In this document: positions 38,491 through 47,636 of the stretch, in pieces
How the letters are laid out: every line of letters begins with the position of its first letter
Numbering within the stretch: position 1 is the first letter of the stretch
NCBI GenBank assembly: GCA_030447385.1
Contig: JAUJOY010000003.1
Span: 77,362-141,361 of the forward strand
Length of the DNA stretch: 64,000 nt
Direction of reading: 5' to 3'
Origin: Mycobacteriales bacterium
Lineage (GTDB): Bacteria; Actinomycetota; Actinomycetes; Mycobacteriales; SCTD01
Made by a program: the position numbers and the translations under genes
The notes under the pieces: generated by a model
The model's input: the letters and a program-made list of their open reading frames with translations, nothing else
Told to the model about the DNA's origin: nothing
Database searches by the model: none

Positions 38491-38793
38491 ATGGCGAAGC
38501 CGGAGGACGTCGCGGCGGTGCGCGAGGCTGTCCGCGCGCTGGACAAGGCCGTCTCCGTCCTCACGGGGCACTACCCCGAGTCCGTGGACGCGCGCCGGCT
38601 GCAGGTCGGGTGCAGCCGAGTACGCGAGGACCTCGACCTGCTCTGCGGGGCCGAGGACGCCGCCCCCGAGCCGTCCGCTCCGCCGGATCCGCCACCCCAG
38701 CGGATGATCATCGCGGACACCCCCTACGCGCACGACTTCTGGATGGATGCCGAGGACGAGGGCCTCGGCCGGGCGGACTACCGCAAGCGCTAG
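38491..38793 (+). CDS. Hypothetical protein (about 100 aa, acidic)
   Basis: ATG at 38491 preceded by a GGAGG RBS. Translation MAKPEDVAAVREAVRALDKAV...DFWMDAEDEGLGRADYRKR, with GC3-rich codon usage. No motif recognised. The track start at 38365 lies inside the repeat. Confidence 0.45.
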   Translation: MAKPEDVAAVREAVRALDKAVSVLTGHYPESVDARRLQVGCSRVREDLDLLCGAEDAAPEPSAPPDPPPQRMIIADTPYAHDFWMDAEDEGLGRADYRKR

Positions 38794-38846
38794 CCGCGGC
38801 CCGCCTCTCCTTCGACGTCAGGACCCCGCACGATGACCTCTGCACG

Positions 38847-39644
38847 ATGACCGCCGTCGCCCCTGCCGGCACCGGCGCCGACGGCCGGCCCCGGCTTGCT
38901 GCGCGGACGCTGCGCACCGACCGGTGGTGGCTCCAGCCGCTGCTGACGGTTGCGGCCCTCGTCGCGTTCATCGTCTACTCGACGGTGCGCGCGTTCGAGA
39001 ACGCGCACTACTTCGCCGAGCCCTACATCTCCCCGTTCTACTCGCCCTGCCTGACCACCTCGTGCGAGGGCGACACCTTCCCCGAGCTGTTCAGCGGACC
39101 GTCGTTCCTCTCGCCGGCCCTCTACATCCTGATCGTGCCGCTGGGCTTCCGGCTCACCTGCTACTACTACCGCAAGGCCTACTACCGCTCGTTCTGGCTG
39201 TCGCCGCCCGCGTGTGCCGTGGCCGAGCCGCACCGCTCCTACACGGGTGAGACGCGCTTCCCGCTGGTCTTCCAGAACCTGCACCGCTACTTCTTCTACG
39301 CCGGCCTGGCGTTCAACGCGGTCCTCACCTACGACGCCGTCCTCGCCTTCCGCAACAGCGAGGGTGAGTGGTTCCACATGGGCGTCGGCACCCTCGTGCT
39401 CCTGACCAACGCCGCGCTCCTGTGGCTCTACTCGCTGTCGTGCCACTCCTGCCGGCACATCGTCGGTGGCCGCCTGGTGCACTTCTCCAGGCACCCGATC
39501 CGCTACCGCGCCTGGACGTTCGTCTCCAGGCTCAACGGCAAGCACATGCAGCTCGCGTGGGTGAGCCTGGTCTTCGTGGCGTTCACCGACTTCTACGTAC
39601 GCCTGCTCGCGACCGGTGCGCTCGACGACCCCCGGTTCTTCTGA
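38847..39644 (+). CDS. Succinate dehydrogenase/fumarate reductase membrane anchor (Rv0249c-type, Cys-rich polytopic)
   Basis: Five or so TM helices with conserved Cys/His (SPCLTTSCEG and LSCHSCRHIVGG). TGATG overlap with the downstream flavoprotein gene. Gene order anchor-flavoprotein-FeS matches mycobacterial Sdh1. Confidence 0.7.
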   Translation: MTAVAPAGTGADGRPRLAARTLRTDRWWLQPLLTVAALVAFIVYSTVRAFENAHYFAEPYISPFYSPCLTTSCEGDTFPELFSGPSFLSPALYILIVPLGFRLTCYYYRKAYYRSFWLSPPACAVAEPHRSYTGETRFPLVFQNLHRYFFYAGLAFNAVLTYDAVLAFRNSEGEWFHMGVGTLVLLTNAALLWLYSLSCHSCRHIVGGRLVHFSRHPIRYRAWTFVSRLNGKHMQLAWVSLVFVAFTDFYVRLLATGALDDPRFF

Positions 39645-41446
39645 TGGCGGACGCAGGCAGCGTGGAGCGGCACGACTACGACGTCGTCGTTCTCGGCGCG
39701 GGCGGGGCCGGGCTGCGGGCCGCGATCGAGGCGCACGAGCGCGGCGCGCGTACGGCCGTCGTGTGCAAGTCGCTGCTCGGCAAGGCGCACACCGTCATGG
39801 CCGAGGGCGGCATCGCCGCGGCGATGGGCAACGTCTACCCGGAGGACAACTGGCGGGTGCACTTCCGCGACACCATGCGCGGCGGGAAGATGCTCAACCA
39901 CTGGCGCATGGCGCAGCTGCACGCGCAGGAGGCACCGGAGCGGGTGCGCGAGCTCGAGGACTGGGGTGCGCTGTTCGACCGCACCCCGGCCGGCCTGATC
40001 TCGCAGCGCGACTTCGGCGGGCACCGCTACGCGCGGCTCGCTCACGTCGGTGACCGCACCGGGCTGGAGCTGATCCGCACCCTGCAGCAGCGCACCGTCG
40101 CCCTCGGCATCGACGTCTTCATGGAGTGCACGATCACCCGGCTGCTCACCGCCGAGGACGGCAGCCTGTGCGGCGCCTTCGGCTACCGACGGGTGTCCGG
40201 CGAGTTCCTCGCCTTCCGGGCGCCGGCGATCGTGCTCGCCACCGGCGGGATCGGCAAGTCCTACCAGGTGACGTCCAACTCCTGGGAGTACACCGGCGAC
40301 GGACACTCGCTGGCGCTCACCGCCGGGGCGACGCTGGTCAACATGGAGTTCGTGCAGTTCCACCCGACGGGAATGGTCTGGCCGCCTTCGGTACGCGGGA
40401 TCCTCGTCACCGAGTCGGTGCGCGGCGACGGCGGGGTGCTGAAGAACTCCGCCGGCAACCGCTTCATGTTCGACTACATCCCCGATTACTTCCGCAAGGA
40501 GACCGCCGAGACCGAGGAGGAGGCCGACCGCTGGTACACCGACAAGCGCAACAACCGGCGTCCCCCCGAGCTGCTCCCGCGTGACGAGGTCGCTCGGGCG
40601 ATCAACAGCGAGGTCAAGGCCGGTCGCGGATCCCCCACGGCGGGGTGTTCCTCGACATCGCGTCGCGCCGCGACGAGGACTACATCCGCAAGCGGCTGCC
40701 CTCGATGTACCACCAGTTCAAAGAGCTGGCCGAGGTGGACATCACCACCGAGCCGATGGAGGTCGGGCCGACTTGCCACTACGTGATGGGCGGTGTGGAG
40801 GTCGACCCGGAGACGGCGGGCGCGAAGGTCGCGGGGCTGTTCGCCGCCGGTGAGGTCGCGGGCGGGATGCACGGCTCCAACCGGCTCGGCGGCAACTCGC
40901 TGTCGGACCTGCTCGTCTTCGGCAAGCGTGCGGGCACGGCCTCGGCGGAGCACGCGGCACGCAAGCCCGCCCCCCGCTGTCCCAGGCGGCGCTGCGCGAG
41001 GCGGAGGCCGCGGCGCTGGCGCCGTTCACCAGGAAGGGCGGCGAGAACCCCTACACCGTCCAGCACGACCTGCAGGAGGCGATGAACGCGCTCGTCGGCA
41101 TCATCCGCACCGCCGACGAGGTCGAGCAGGCGCTGAAGCGGATCGACGAGCTGAAGGTGCGGGCGCAGGCGCTGACGGTCGGGGCCCCCGCCAGTACAAC
41201 CCCGGCTGGCACCTCGCGCTGGACCTGCCCCACATGCTGCGGGTGTCGGAGTGCATCGCCCGCGCCGCGCTGGAGCGGCAGGAGAGCCGGGGCGGGCACA
41301 CCCGCGACGACTACCCGGGCCCGAGTGACGAGTGGGCGCGGCTCAACCTCATCTGCACCCAGGACGCAGACGCGGTGGCGGTCTCGCGTCAGGCCCTGCC
41401 GGTCATGCCGGCCGACCTCGCCGAGATCTTCGAGGAGCACCCATGA
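39644..41446 (+). pseudogene. sdhA: Succinate dehydrogenase/fumarate reductase flavoprotein subunit, interrupted by three single-base frameshifts
   Basis: FAD-binding N-terminus DVVVLGAGGAGLRAAIEA and conserved HPTG. After ...KAGRGSP the protein continues in the frame of 40645 (GGVFLDI...MGGVEVD...GEVAGGMHGSNRLGGNSL). It then moves to the frame of 41082 (LSQAALREAE...MNALVGIIRT) and finally to the frame of 40793 (RQYNPGWHLALDL...ESRGGHTRDDYP). The shifts fall in the C5 run at 40632-40636, the C6 run at 40970-40975 and the G4C5 run at 41181-41189. Confidence 0.85.
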
Positions 41447-42207
41447 GCTACGACGCGAGGATGCGGGTCTGGCGCGGCGACGCCGCGGGCGGGGAGCTGC
41501 AGGACTTCAGCGTCGAGGTGAACGAGGGCGAGGTCGTCCTCGACATCCTGCACCGGTTGCAGGCCAGCCAGACCCCGGACCTGGCGGTCCGGTGGAACTG
41601 CAAGGCGGGCAAGTGCGGCTCGTGCAGCGCCGAGATCAACGGCCGCCCCCGGCTGCTGTGCCTGACCCGGATGGGGACGTTCGCCGAGGACGAGGTCGTG
41701 ACGATCACGCCGCTGCGCGCGTTCCCGGTGGTGCGCGACCTCGTCACGGACGTCTCCTACAACTTCGAGAAGGCCCGGGAGATCCCGCCGCTGGTGCCCC
41801 GCGAGCGCGACCCGGACGGCAACCACCGGATGCAGCAGATCGACGTGGAGCGCTCGCAGGAGTTCCGCAAGTGCATCGAGTGCTTCCTGTGCCAGGACGT
41901 CTGCCACGTGCTGCGCGACCACGAGGAGAACGTGCCTGCGTTCGCCGGGCCGCGCTACCTCATGCGGCTGGCAGAGCTCGACATGCACCCGCTCGACGGC
42001 GTCGACCGGCGCCGCCTGGCGCAGGAGCACTTCGGCCTGGGGATGTGCAACATCACCAAGTGCTGCAGCGAGGTCTGCCCCGAGGGAATCAAGATCACCG
42101 ACAACGGGCTCATCCCGATGAAGGAGCGCGTGGTCGACCGCAAGTACGTGCCCTCGACCTGGCTCGGCAGCACGATCCGCCGCCGCAAGCGGTCCGCGGA
42201 GGCCTGA
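41443..42207 (+). CDS. sdhB: Succinate dehydrogenase/fumarate reductase iron-sulfur subunit
   Basis: 2Fe-2S motif CKAGKCGSCSAEINGRPRLLC. Ferredoxin-type clusters CIECFLCQDVC and CNITKCCSEVCP. ATGA overlap with the sdhA stop. Confidence 0.9.
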   Translation: MSYDARMRVWRGDAAGGELQDFSVEVNEGEVVLDILHRLQASQTPDLAVRWNCKAGKCGSCSAEINGRPRLLCLTRMGTFAEDEVVTITPLRAFPVVRDLVTDVSYNFEKAREIPPLVPRERDPDGNHRMQQIDVERSQEFRKCIECFLCQDVCHVLRDHEENVPAFAGPRYLMRLAELDMHPLDGVDRRRLAQEHFGLGMCNITKCCSEVCPEGIKITDNGLIPMKERVVDRKYVPSTWLGSTIRRRKRSAEA

Positions 42208-42222
42208 GCCCGGCCGGAGCGG

Positions 42223-42432
42223 TCAGCCCTCGAGCCGGAAGCCGACCTTGAGCGAGACCTGGTAGGACGCCACGAGGCCGTTCTCGACGCGCCCGCGGAT
42301 CTCGGTGGCCTCGAACCACTCGACGTTGCGCACCGTCCGCGAGACCCGCTCGAGGCCGTTCTGGATCGCCTGCTGGACCGAGTCACCGGACGTGCCGACG
42401 ACCTCGGTGATGCGGTAGACGTGCTCGCTCAT
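42223..42432 (-). CDS. Dodecin family flavin-binding protein
   Basis: 69 aa: MSEHVYRITEVVGTSGDSVQQAIQNGLERVSRTVRNVEWFEATEIRGRVENGLVASYQVSLKVGFRLEG, the classic dodecin sequence pattern. GGAGG RBS. The track ORF extending to 42981 is an over-extension. Confidence 0.85.
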   Translation of the reverse strand: MSEHVYRITEVVGTSGDSVQQAIQNGLERVSRTVRNVEWFEATEIRGRVENGLVASYQVSLKVGFRLEG

Positions 42433-42574
42433 GGAACCTCCAGGTGGCAGGGGTGGTCCCGCAGGATGACACGCTGGCAACGGTCGGGTCACGATCAACC
42501 GGCGGGCCGTACGCGAGGGGAGGTTCTCGCTTTCCTCGGGGATAGGGTCCGCACACCAAGAGATCGGAGCGGAA

Positions 42575-43315
42575 GTGGCTGAGCCGCTGGTCGTCCTCGA
42601 GGGCGTGAACAAGCACTTCGGCCCCCTGCACGTGCTCAAGGACATCGACCTGACGGTGGACCGGGGCGAGGTCGTCGTCGTCATCGGGCCGTCCGGCTCG
42701 GGCAAGTCCACCCTGTGCCGCACCATCAACCGGCTCGAGTCGGTCGATTCCGGGCGGATCACCATCGACGGCAAGCCCCTGCCTGAGGAGGGCAAGGAGC
42801 TCGCCCAGCTGCGCGCGCAGGTCGGCATGGTCTTCCAGTCGTTCAACCTGTTCGCCCACAAGACGGTTCTGCAGAACGTCACGCTCGGCCCGATGAAGGT
42901 GCTGGGCAAGAAGAAGGCCGACGCGGAGACGCGGGGACGGGAGCTGCTCGAACGGGTCGGCATCGCCAACCAGGCGGACAAGTACCCCGCACAGCTATCC
43001 GGCGGTCAGCAGCAGCGCGTCGCCATCGCCAGGGCCCTCGCGATGGACCCCAAGGTGATGCTCTTCGACGAGCCCACCTCGGCCCTCGACCCGGAGATGA
43101 TCAACGAGGTGCTCGACGTCATGACCTCGCTGGCGACCGGCGGGATGACGATGGTCGTCGTCACCCACGAGATGGGCTTCGCCCGCCGGGCGGCCAACCG
43201 CGTGGTGTTCATGGATGAGGGCAGCATCGTCGAGTCGAGCGTCCCGAAGCAGTTCTTCACCTCGCCCAGCAGCGACCGCGCCAAGGACTTCCTGTCAAAG
43301 ATCCTCACCCACTAG
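42575..43315 (+). CDS. gluA: Glutamate/polar amino acid ABC transporter ATP-binding protein
   Basis: Walker [10 protein letters not shown], signature [15 protein letters not shown], Walker [12 protein letters not shown]. Confidence 0.9.
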   Translation: MAEPLVVLEGVNKHFGPLHVLKDIDLTVDRGEVVVVIGPSGSGKSTLCRTINRLESVDSGRITIDGKPLPEEGKELAQLRAQVGMVFQSFNLFAHKTVLQNVTLGPMKVLGKKKADAETRGRELLERVGIANQADKYPAQLSGGQQQRVAIARALAMDPKVMLFDEPTSALDPEMINEVLDVMTSLATGGMTMVVVTHEMGFARRAANRVVFMDEGSIVESSVPKQFFTSPSSDRAKDFLSKILTH

Positions 43316-43355
43316 GCCGGCTTCGCCGTGTCGACCCCTGAAAGAGGTATTGCCG

Positions 43356-44246
43356 ATGCGCACACCACGTCTGGCTTCCGTCGCCGCGGCGGCAGCCGTC
43401 CTGTCCCTGCTGCTGTCGGCCTGTGGCGGTGACAGCGGCAGCGACGTCGCCAAGGTCGACGAGAACGCCAAGGAGCAGTTCGCTCCCGGCAGCCGTATGA
43501 AGGAGCTCGCCGATGCGGGCAAGATCACTGTCGGCACGAAGTTCGACCAGCCGCTGTTCGGCCTCAAGGGCCTGAGCGGTCAGCCGGAGGGCTTCGACGT
43601 CGAGATCGCCAAGCTCATCGCGGCCAAGCTCGGCATTGACGAGAAGGGCATCACCTTCGTCGAGACGGTGTCCGCCAACCGGGAGCCCTTCCTCGAGCAG
43701 AAGAAGGTCGACATGGTGGTGGCCACCTACACGATCAACGACAAGCGCGACATGGTCGTCGACTTCGCCGGCCCCTACTTCTCGGCGGGGCAGGACATCC
43801 TGGTCGCCAAGGGCAACCCGAAGGGCGTGAAGGGCCCGGAGGACCTGACCGGCCTGAAGACCTGCTCGGTCAGCGGCTCCACCCCGGCCTCCACCATCCA
43901 GACCAAGTACCCGCAGGCCGAGCTGGTGCTGTTCGACAACTACACCAAGTGCCGTGACGCGCTCGGCAACGGCCAGGTGGACGCGGTGACGACCGACAAC
44001 GTGATCCTGTCCGGTTACGTCGACCAGGCGCCCGACAAGTTCGAGCTGGTGGGCAAGCCCTTCACCGAGGAGCCCTACGGGATCGGCATCCCCGAGGGCC
44101 AGGAAGCCTTCTGCGACTTCATCAACAAGACCCTCGCCGAGGCGCAGGAGAACGGCGACTACGCGAAGGCCTTCGAGTCCACGGCCGGCAAGGTCATCAA
44201 GAACACCCCGAAGCTGCCGACGCCGCCCCGGGGCTGCGACAAGTAG
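43356..44246 (+). CDS. gluB: Glutamate/polar amino acid ABC transporter substrate-binding lipoprotein
   Basis: ATG at 43356. Signal peptide with lipobox LLLSACGGD. Family-3 solute-binding motifs (KITVGTKFDQPLFG, VDMVVATYTINDKR, VDAVTTDNVIL). Confidence 0.85.
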   Translation: MRTPRLASVAAAAAVLSLLLSACGGDSGSDVAKVDENAKEQFAPGSRMKELADAGKITVGTKFDQPLFGLKGLSGQPEGFDVEIAKLIAAKLGIDEKGITFVETVSANREPFLEQKKVDMVVATYTINDKRDMVVDFAGPYFSAGQDILVAKGNPKGVKGPEDLTGLKTCSVSGSTPASTIQTKYPQAELVLFDNYTKCRDALGNGQVDAVTTDNVILSGYVDQAPDKFELVGKPFTEEPYGIGIPEGQEAFCDFINKTLAEAQENGDYAKAFESTAGKVIKNTPKLPTPPRGCDK

Positions 44247-44276
44247 GGACGAGCAGAACGCGGGGGCACCTGGTCA

Positions 44277-44921
44277 GTGGACGCCGTCCTCGACAACCTC
44301 GACGTCTTCGTCGAGGGGTTCACGACCACGCTGTCGCTGACGCTGCTGGCGGCGGCAGGGGCGCTGATCCTCGGCACCCTGCTCGCCGCCATGCGCGTGT
44401 CCCCGGTTCCGCCGCTGCGCTGGTTCGCGACGCTCTACGTGCAGGCCGTGCGCAACACGCCGCTGACGGTGGTGTTCTTCCTCGTCGTCTTCGGGCTTCC
44501 CGAGGTGGGCGTGATCGTGAGCTTTTACCGCTTCGCCGTGGTGGCGCTCACGATCTACACCGCGGCGTTCGTCGCCGAGGCGGTGCGGTCGGGCATCAAC
44601 TCGGTGGCCTCCGGGCAGGCGGAGGCGTCCCGCTCGATCGGCATGACCTTCTCGCAGACCCTGCGGCTGGTGGTGCTGCCGCAGGCGTTCGCCAACATCG
44701 TCCCGCCCCTGGCGAGCATCTTCATCGCGCTGCTCAAGAACACCTCCATCGCGTACGCCTTCGGGGTCTTCGAGGCGACGCAGGCGATGAACCGGCTGAT
44801 CAACGACAACGGCAGCGACGTCATCGCCATCATCGCGGCGGCTGCCCTCGCCTACCTCCTGCTGGCGCTGCTCGCGGCTGCGCTGTTCAGCCGGCTCGAG
44901 CGGGCGGTGCGGCCGGCATGA
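44277..44921 (+). CDS. gluC: Glutamate/polar amino acid ABC transporter permease
   Basis: His/Glu/Gln/Arg-type permease with an EAA-like loop (FVAEAVRSGINSVASGQAEASRSIGM). Confidence 0.85.
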   Translation: MDAVLDNLDVFVEGFTTTLSLTLLAAAGALILGTLLAAMRVSPVPPLRWFATLYVQAVRNTPLTVVFFLVVFGLPEVGVIVSFYRFAVVALTIYTAAFVAEAVRSGINSVASGQAEASRSIGMTFSQTLRLVVLPQAFANIVPPLASIFIALLKNTSIAYAFGVFEATQAMNRLINDNGSDVIAIIAAAALAYLLLALLAAALFSRLERAVRPA

Positions 44922-45787
44922 GCGAGGCGGTGCTCTACGACGTCCAGGGCCCGCGAGCCCGGCGGCGGGTGCTGATCGGGAGCATTTTCGGCGCGCTGTT
45001 CGTCGGGCTGCTGGTGCTGCTCGCGGTGCGCCGCCTCGCGGCCAACGGCCAGTTCGCGGGGGAGCTGTACGAGCCGTTCGTCTCCGAGCCCGACCTGTAC
45101 AGGCGGCTCGGGACCGGGCTGCTCAACACGCTGAGGGCGGCGGGGTACGCGCTGGTGCTCGCGCTCCTGCTCGGGACCCTGCTGGCCTTCGGGCGGCTGT
45201 CGTCCCGGGCCTGGCTGCGGGCACCGGCCGTCGCGGTGATCGAGTTCTTCCGTGGCGTCCCGCTGCTGCTGCTGATCCTGTTCTTCTTCCTCGCCTTCCC
45301 GCTGGCCTTCGGCATCGACCTGCCCCCGCTCTACGCGCTGGTGTTCGGGCTGACGCTCTACAACGGCGCGGTCATCGCCGAGATCATCCGGGCCGGGGTG
45401 CTGTCGCTGCCCAAGGGCCAGACCGAGGCCGCCGTGGCGATCGGCCTCAGGCGCGGGCAGACCCTGCGGCTGGTGCTGCTCCCGCAAGCCCTGCGCATCA
45501 TGCTGCCGGCGCTGGTCAGCCAGCTGGTCGTGCTGCTCAAGGACACCTCGCTCGGGTTCGTCATCGGCTTCGAGGAGCTGCTGCGCATCGGCGGGCAGGC
45601 GGTCCAGGTGCTCGACAACCCGATCCAGCTCTACGTCCTGATCGCGCTGATCTACATCACCCTCAACGTGGGCCTGGGCCGGCTGGCCGGCTACCTCGAA
45701 GGGCGCCAGCGCAAGACCTACGGGCCGGACCTGCCCTCGCAGAAGGTCGAGGAGAGCGGGCTCGGGCAGGTCAGCGCAGCGCCGTAG
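44918..45787 (+). CDS. gluD: Glutamate/polar amino acid ABC transporter permease
   Basis: ATGA overlap with gluC. EAA-like loop (VIAEIIRAGVLSLPKGQTEAAVAIGL). Completes a gluABCD arrangement like that of Corynebacterium. Confidence 0.85.
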   Translation: MSEAVLYDVQGPRARRRVLIGSIFGALFVGLLVLLAVRRLAANGQFAGELYEPFVSEPDLYRRLGTGLLNTLRAAGYALVLALLLGTLLAFGRLSSRAWLRAPAVAVIEFFRGVPLLLLILFFFLAFPLAFGIDLPPLYALVFGLTLYNGAVIAEIIRAGVLSLPKGQTEAAVAIGLRRGQTLRLVLLPQALRIMLPALVSQLVVLLKDTSLGFVIGFEELLRIGGQAVQVLDNPIQLYVLIALIYITLNVGLGRLAGYLEGRQRKTYGPDLPSQKVEESGLGQVSAAP

Positions 45788-45796
45788 GGTCGCCGG

Positions 45797-46708
45797 GTGA
45801 GCCCGACCGCGCACGGAGGCCGGGTGATCGCAGTCGTCGGGCCGACGGCCGCGGGCAAGTCCGACCTGGCGCTCGCGGTCGCTCTCGCGGTGGGCGGAGA
45901 GGTCGTCAACGCCGACTCGATGCAGCTCTACCGCGGCATGGACATCGGGACGGCGAAGCTCCCGGTGAAGGACCGCGGCGAGGTCCCGCACCACCTGCTG
46001 GACGTCTGGCCGGTGACCCGGACCGCGACGGCCGCCGACTACCAGCAGCTGTGCCGGGAGGTGGTCGACCGGCTGCTCACGCAAGGGCGGACGCCCATCC
46101 TGGTCGGCGGCTCCGGGCTCTACCTGCGCGCGGCGCTCGACGCGCTGGACTTCCCGGGCACCGATCCGCAGCTGCGGGCCGCCCTGGAGGCTGACCTCGA
46201 GCGGGACGGAGCCGTCGCGCTGCACGCCCGCCTGGCTGCTCTGGACCCGCAGGCCGCGCTGCGCATGGAGCCCGGCAACGGCCGGCGCATCGTGCGGGCG
46301 CTGGAGGTGGTGACGCTGACCGGGTCCATGCCCGGGAGGCTGGAGTCCTACGAGGGCCACTACGACGTGACCTACCTGGGTCTCGACCGCCCCGACCTGG
46401 CGGAGCGGATCACCTTGCGCGTCGACCGCATGTGGGAGCAGGGCCTCGTGCAGGAGGTGCGTGCCCTGGAAGGGGAGGGCCTGCGGAAGGGGGTGACGGC
46501 GAGCCGGGCGCTGGGGTACGCGCAGGTGCTCGGCGCGTTCGACGCCCGGTGGGACGTGGCGACCGCCCGGACCCTGACCGTTCGCGCCACGCGCCGCTTC
46601 GCCCGGCGCCAGCGGGCGTGGTTCGGTCGTGACCCCCGCATCCACTGGCTGGCCGCCGACGAGCCGCTGCTGGACCAGGCCCTGGCGGTTCTCGACGCGG
46701 GAAGCTGA
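45797..46708 (+). CDS. miaA: tRNA dimethylallyltransferase MiaA
   Basis: P-loop VVGPTAAGKSDLAL, ADSMQLYRGMDIGTAK, and HHLLD. Confidence 0.95.
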   Translation: MSPTAHGGRVIAVVGPTAAGKSDLALAVALAVGGEVVNADSMQLYRGMDIGTAKLPVKDRGEVPHHLLDVWPVTRTATAADYQQLCREVVDRLLTQGRTPILVGGSGLYLRAALDALDFPGTDPQLRAALEADLERDGAVALHARLAALDPQAALRMEPGNGRRIVRALEVVTLTGSMPGRLESYEGHYDVTYLGLDRPDLAERITLRVDRMWEQGLVQEVRALEGEGLRKGVTASRALGYAQVLGAFDARWDVATARTLTVRATRRFARRQRAWFGRDPRIHWLAADEPLLDQALAVLDAGS

Positions 46709-46716
46709 ACGTCCGG

Positions 46717-47547
46717 GTGCCCGCGACATACCCTCGACCCGTGCGCGCCGGCCTGCGGTTCCTCAAGGGGCACGGCACGGAGAACGACTTCGTGCTGCTC
46801 CCGGATCTCGACGGGCAGCTGGACCTCTCGCCCGAGCTGGTCCGCCGGGTGTGCGACCGCCGGGCGGGTCTGGGCGCCGACGGGGTGTTGCGCGTCGTCC
46901 CCTCGCGGCTGGCACCCGAGGCTGCGCGTGACGCCGACGAGGCGCCGTTCTTCATGGACTACCGCAATGCCGACGGGTCCGCCGCCGAGATGTGCGGCAA
47001 CGGCATCCGCGTCTATGCGCGCTACCTGGTCGCCGCCGGGCTGTGCCCGCCCGGCCACCTGCGCCTCGCGACCCGTGGCGGTATCAAGGAGGTCGACCTC
47101 GAGGACGGGCCGGGCCCGGTCAGCGTGGACATGGGGCCGGCGGCCGTGGGGGATCCGGTGGACATCGACGGAGTGGCAGCCACGTTCGTCGACATGGGCA
47201 ACCCGCACGCCGTCGTCCCGGTCGGGTCCGTGTCCGCGCTGGGACAGCTGCGGCCGGCGCGTACCGACCTCAACGTCGAGTACGTCGAGGACCTCGGGCC
47301 GACCGCGATCGCCATGCGGGTGCACGAGCGGGGAGTGGGGGAGACCCGCTCCTGCGGTACGGGCGCGTGCGCTGCCGTCGTCGCGACGTCGCTGCGCATC
47401 GGCGCTCCACGCGACACCGCCTTCGACGTGGCCGTCCCCGGGGGGAAGCTGGTCGTCACGTGGCGGGCGGACGGGCACGTCGTGCTCTGCGGACCCGCGG
47501 TCCTGCTCGCGGAGGGTGTGCTGGACGCTTCCTGGCTCGGCGCCTGA
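46717..47547 (+). CDS. dapF: Diaminopimelate epimerase
   Basis: FLKGHGTENDFVLL, and the two catalytic Cys contexts EMCGNGIR and SCGTGACA. Confidence 0.95.
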   Translation: MPATYPRPVRAGLRFLKGHGTENDFVLLPDLDGQLDLSPELVRRVCDRRAGLGADGVLRVVPSRLAPEAARDADEAPFFMDYRNADGSAAEMCGNGIRVYARYLVAAGLCPPGHLRLATRGGIKEVDLEDGPGPVSVDMGPAAVGDPVDIDGVAATFVDMGNPHAVVPVGSVSALGQLRPARTDLNVEYVEDLGPTAIAMRVHERGVGETRSCGTGACAAVVATSLRIGAPRDTAFDVAVPGGKLVVTWRADGHVVLCGPAVLLAEGVLDASWLGA

Positions 47548-47636
47548 GTGCGGGGTGTTCGGGCTGGGGGCGGCCCCGCGTACGCCCGTGGAGAACTGCG
47601 TGGTCCTCCGGCTCGAGACGTGTCACCCTGAAGGGG

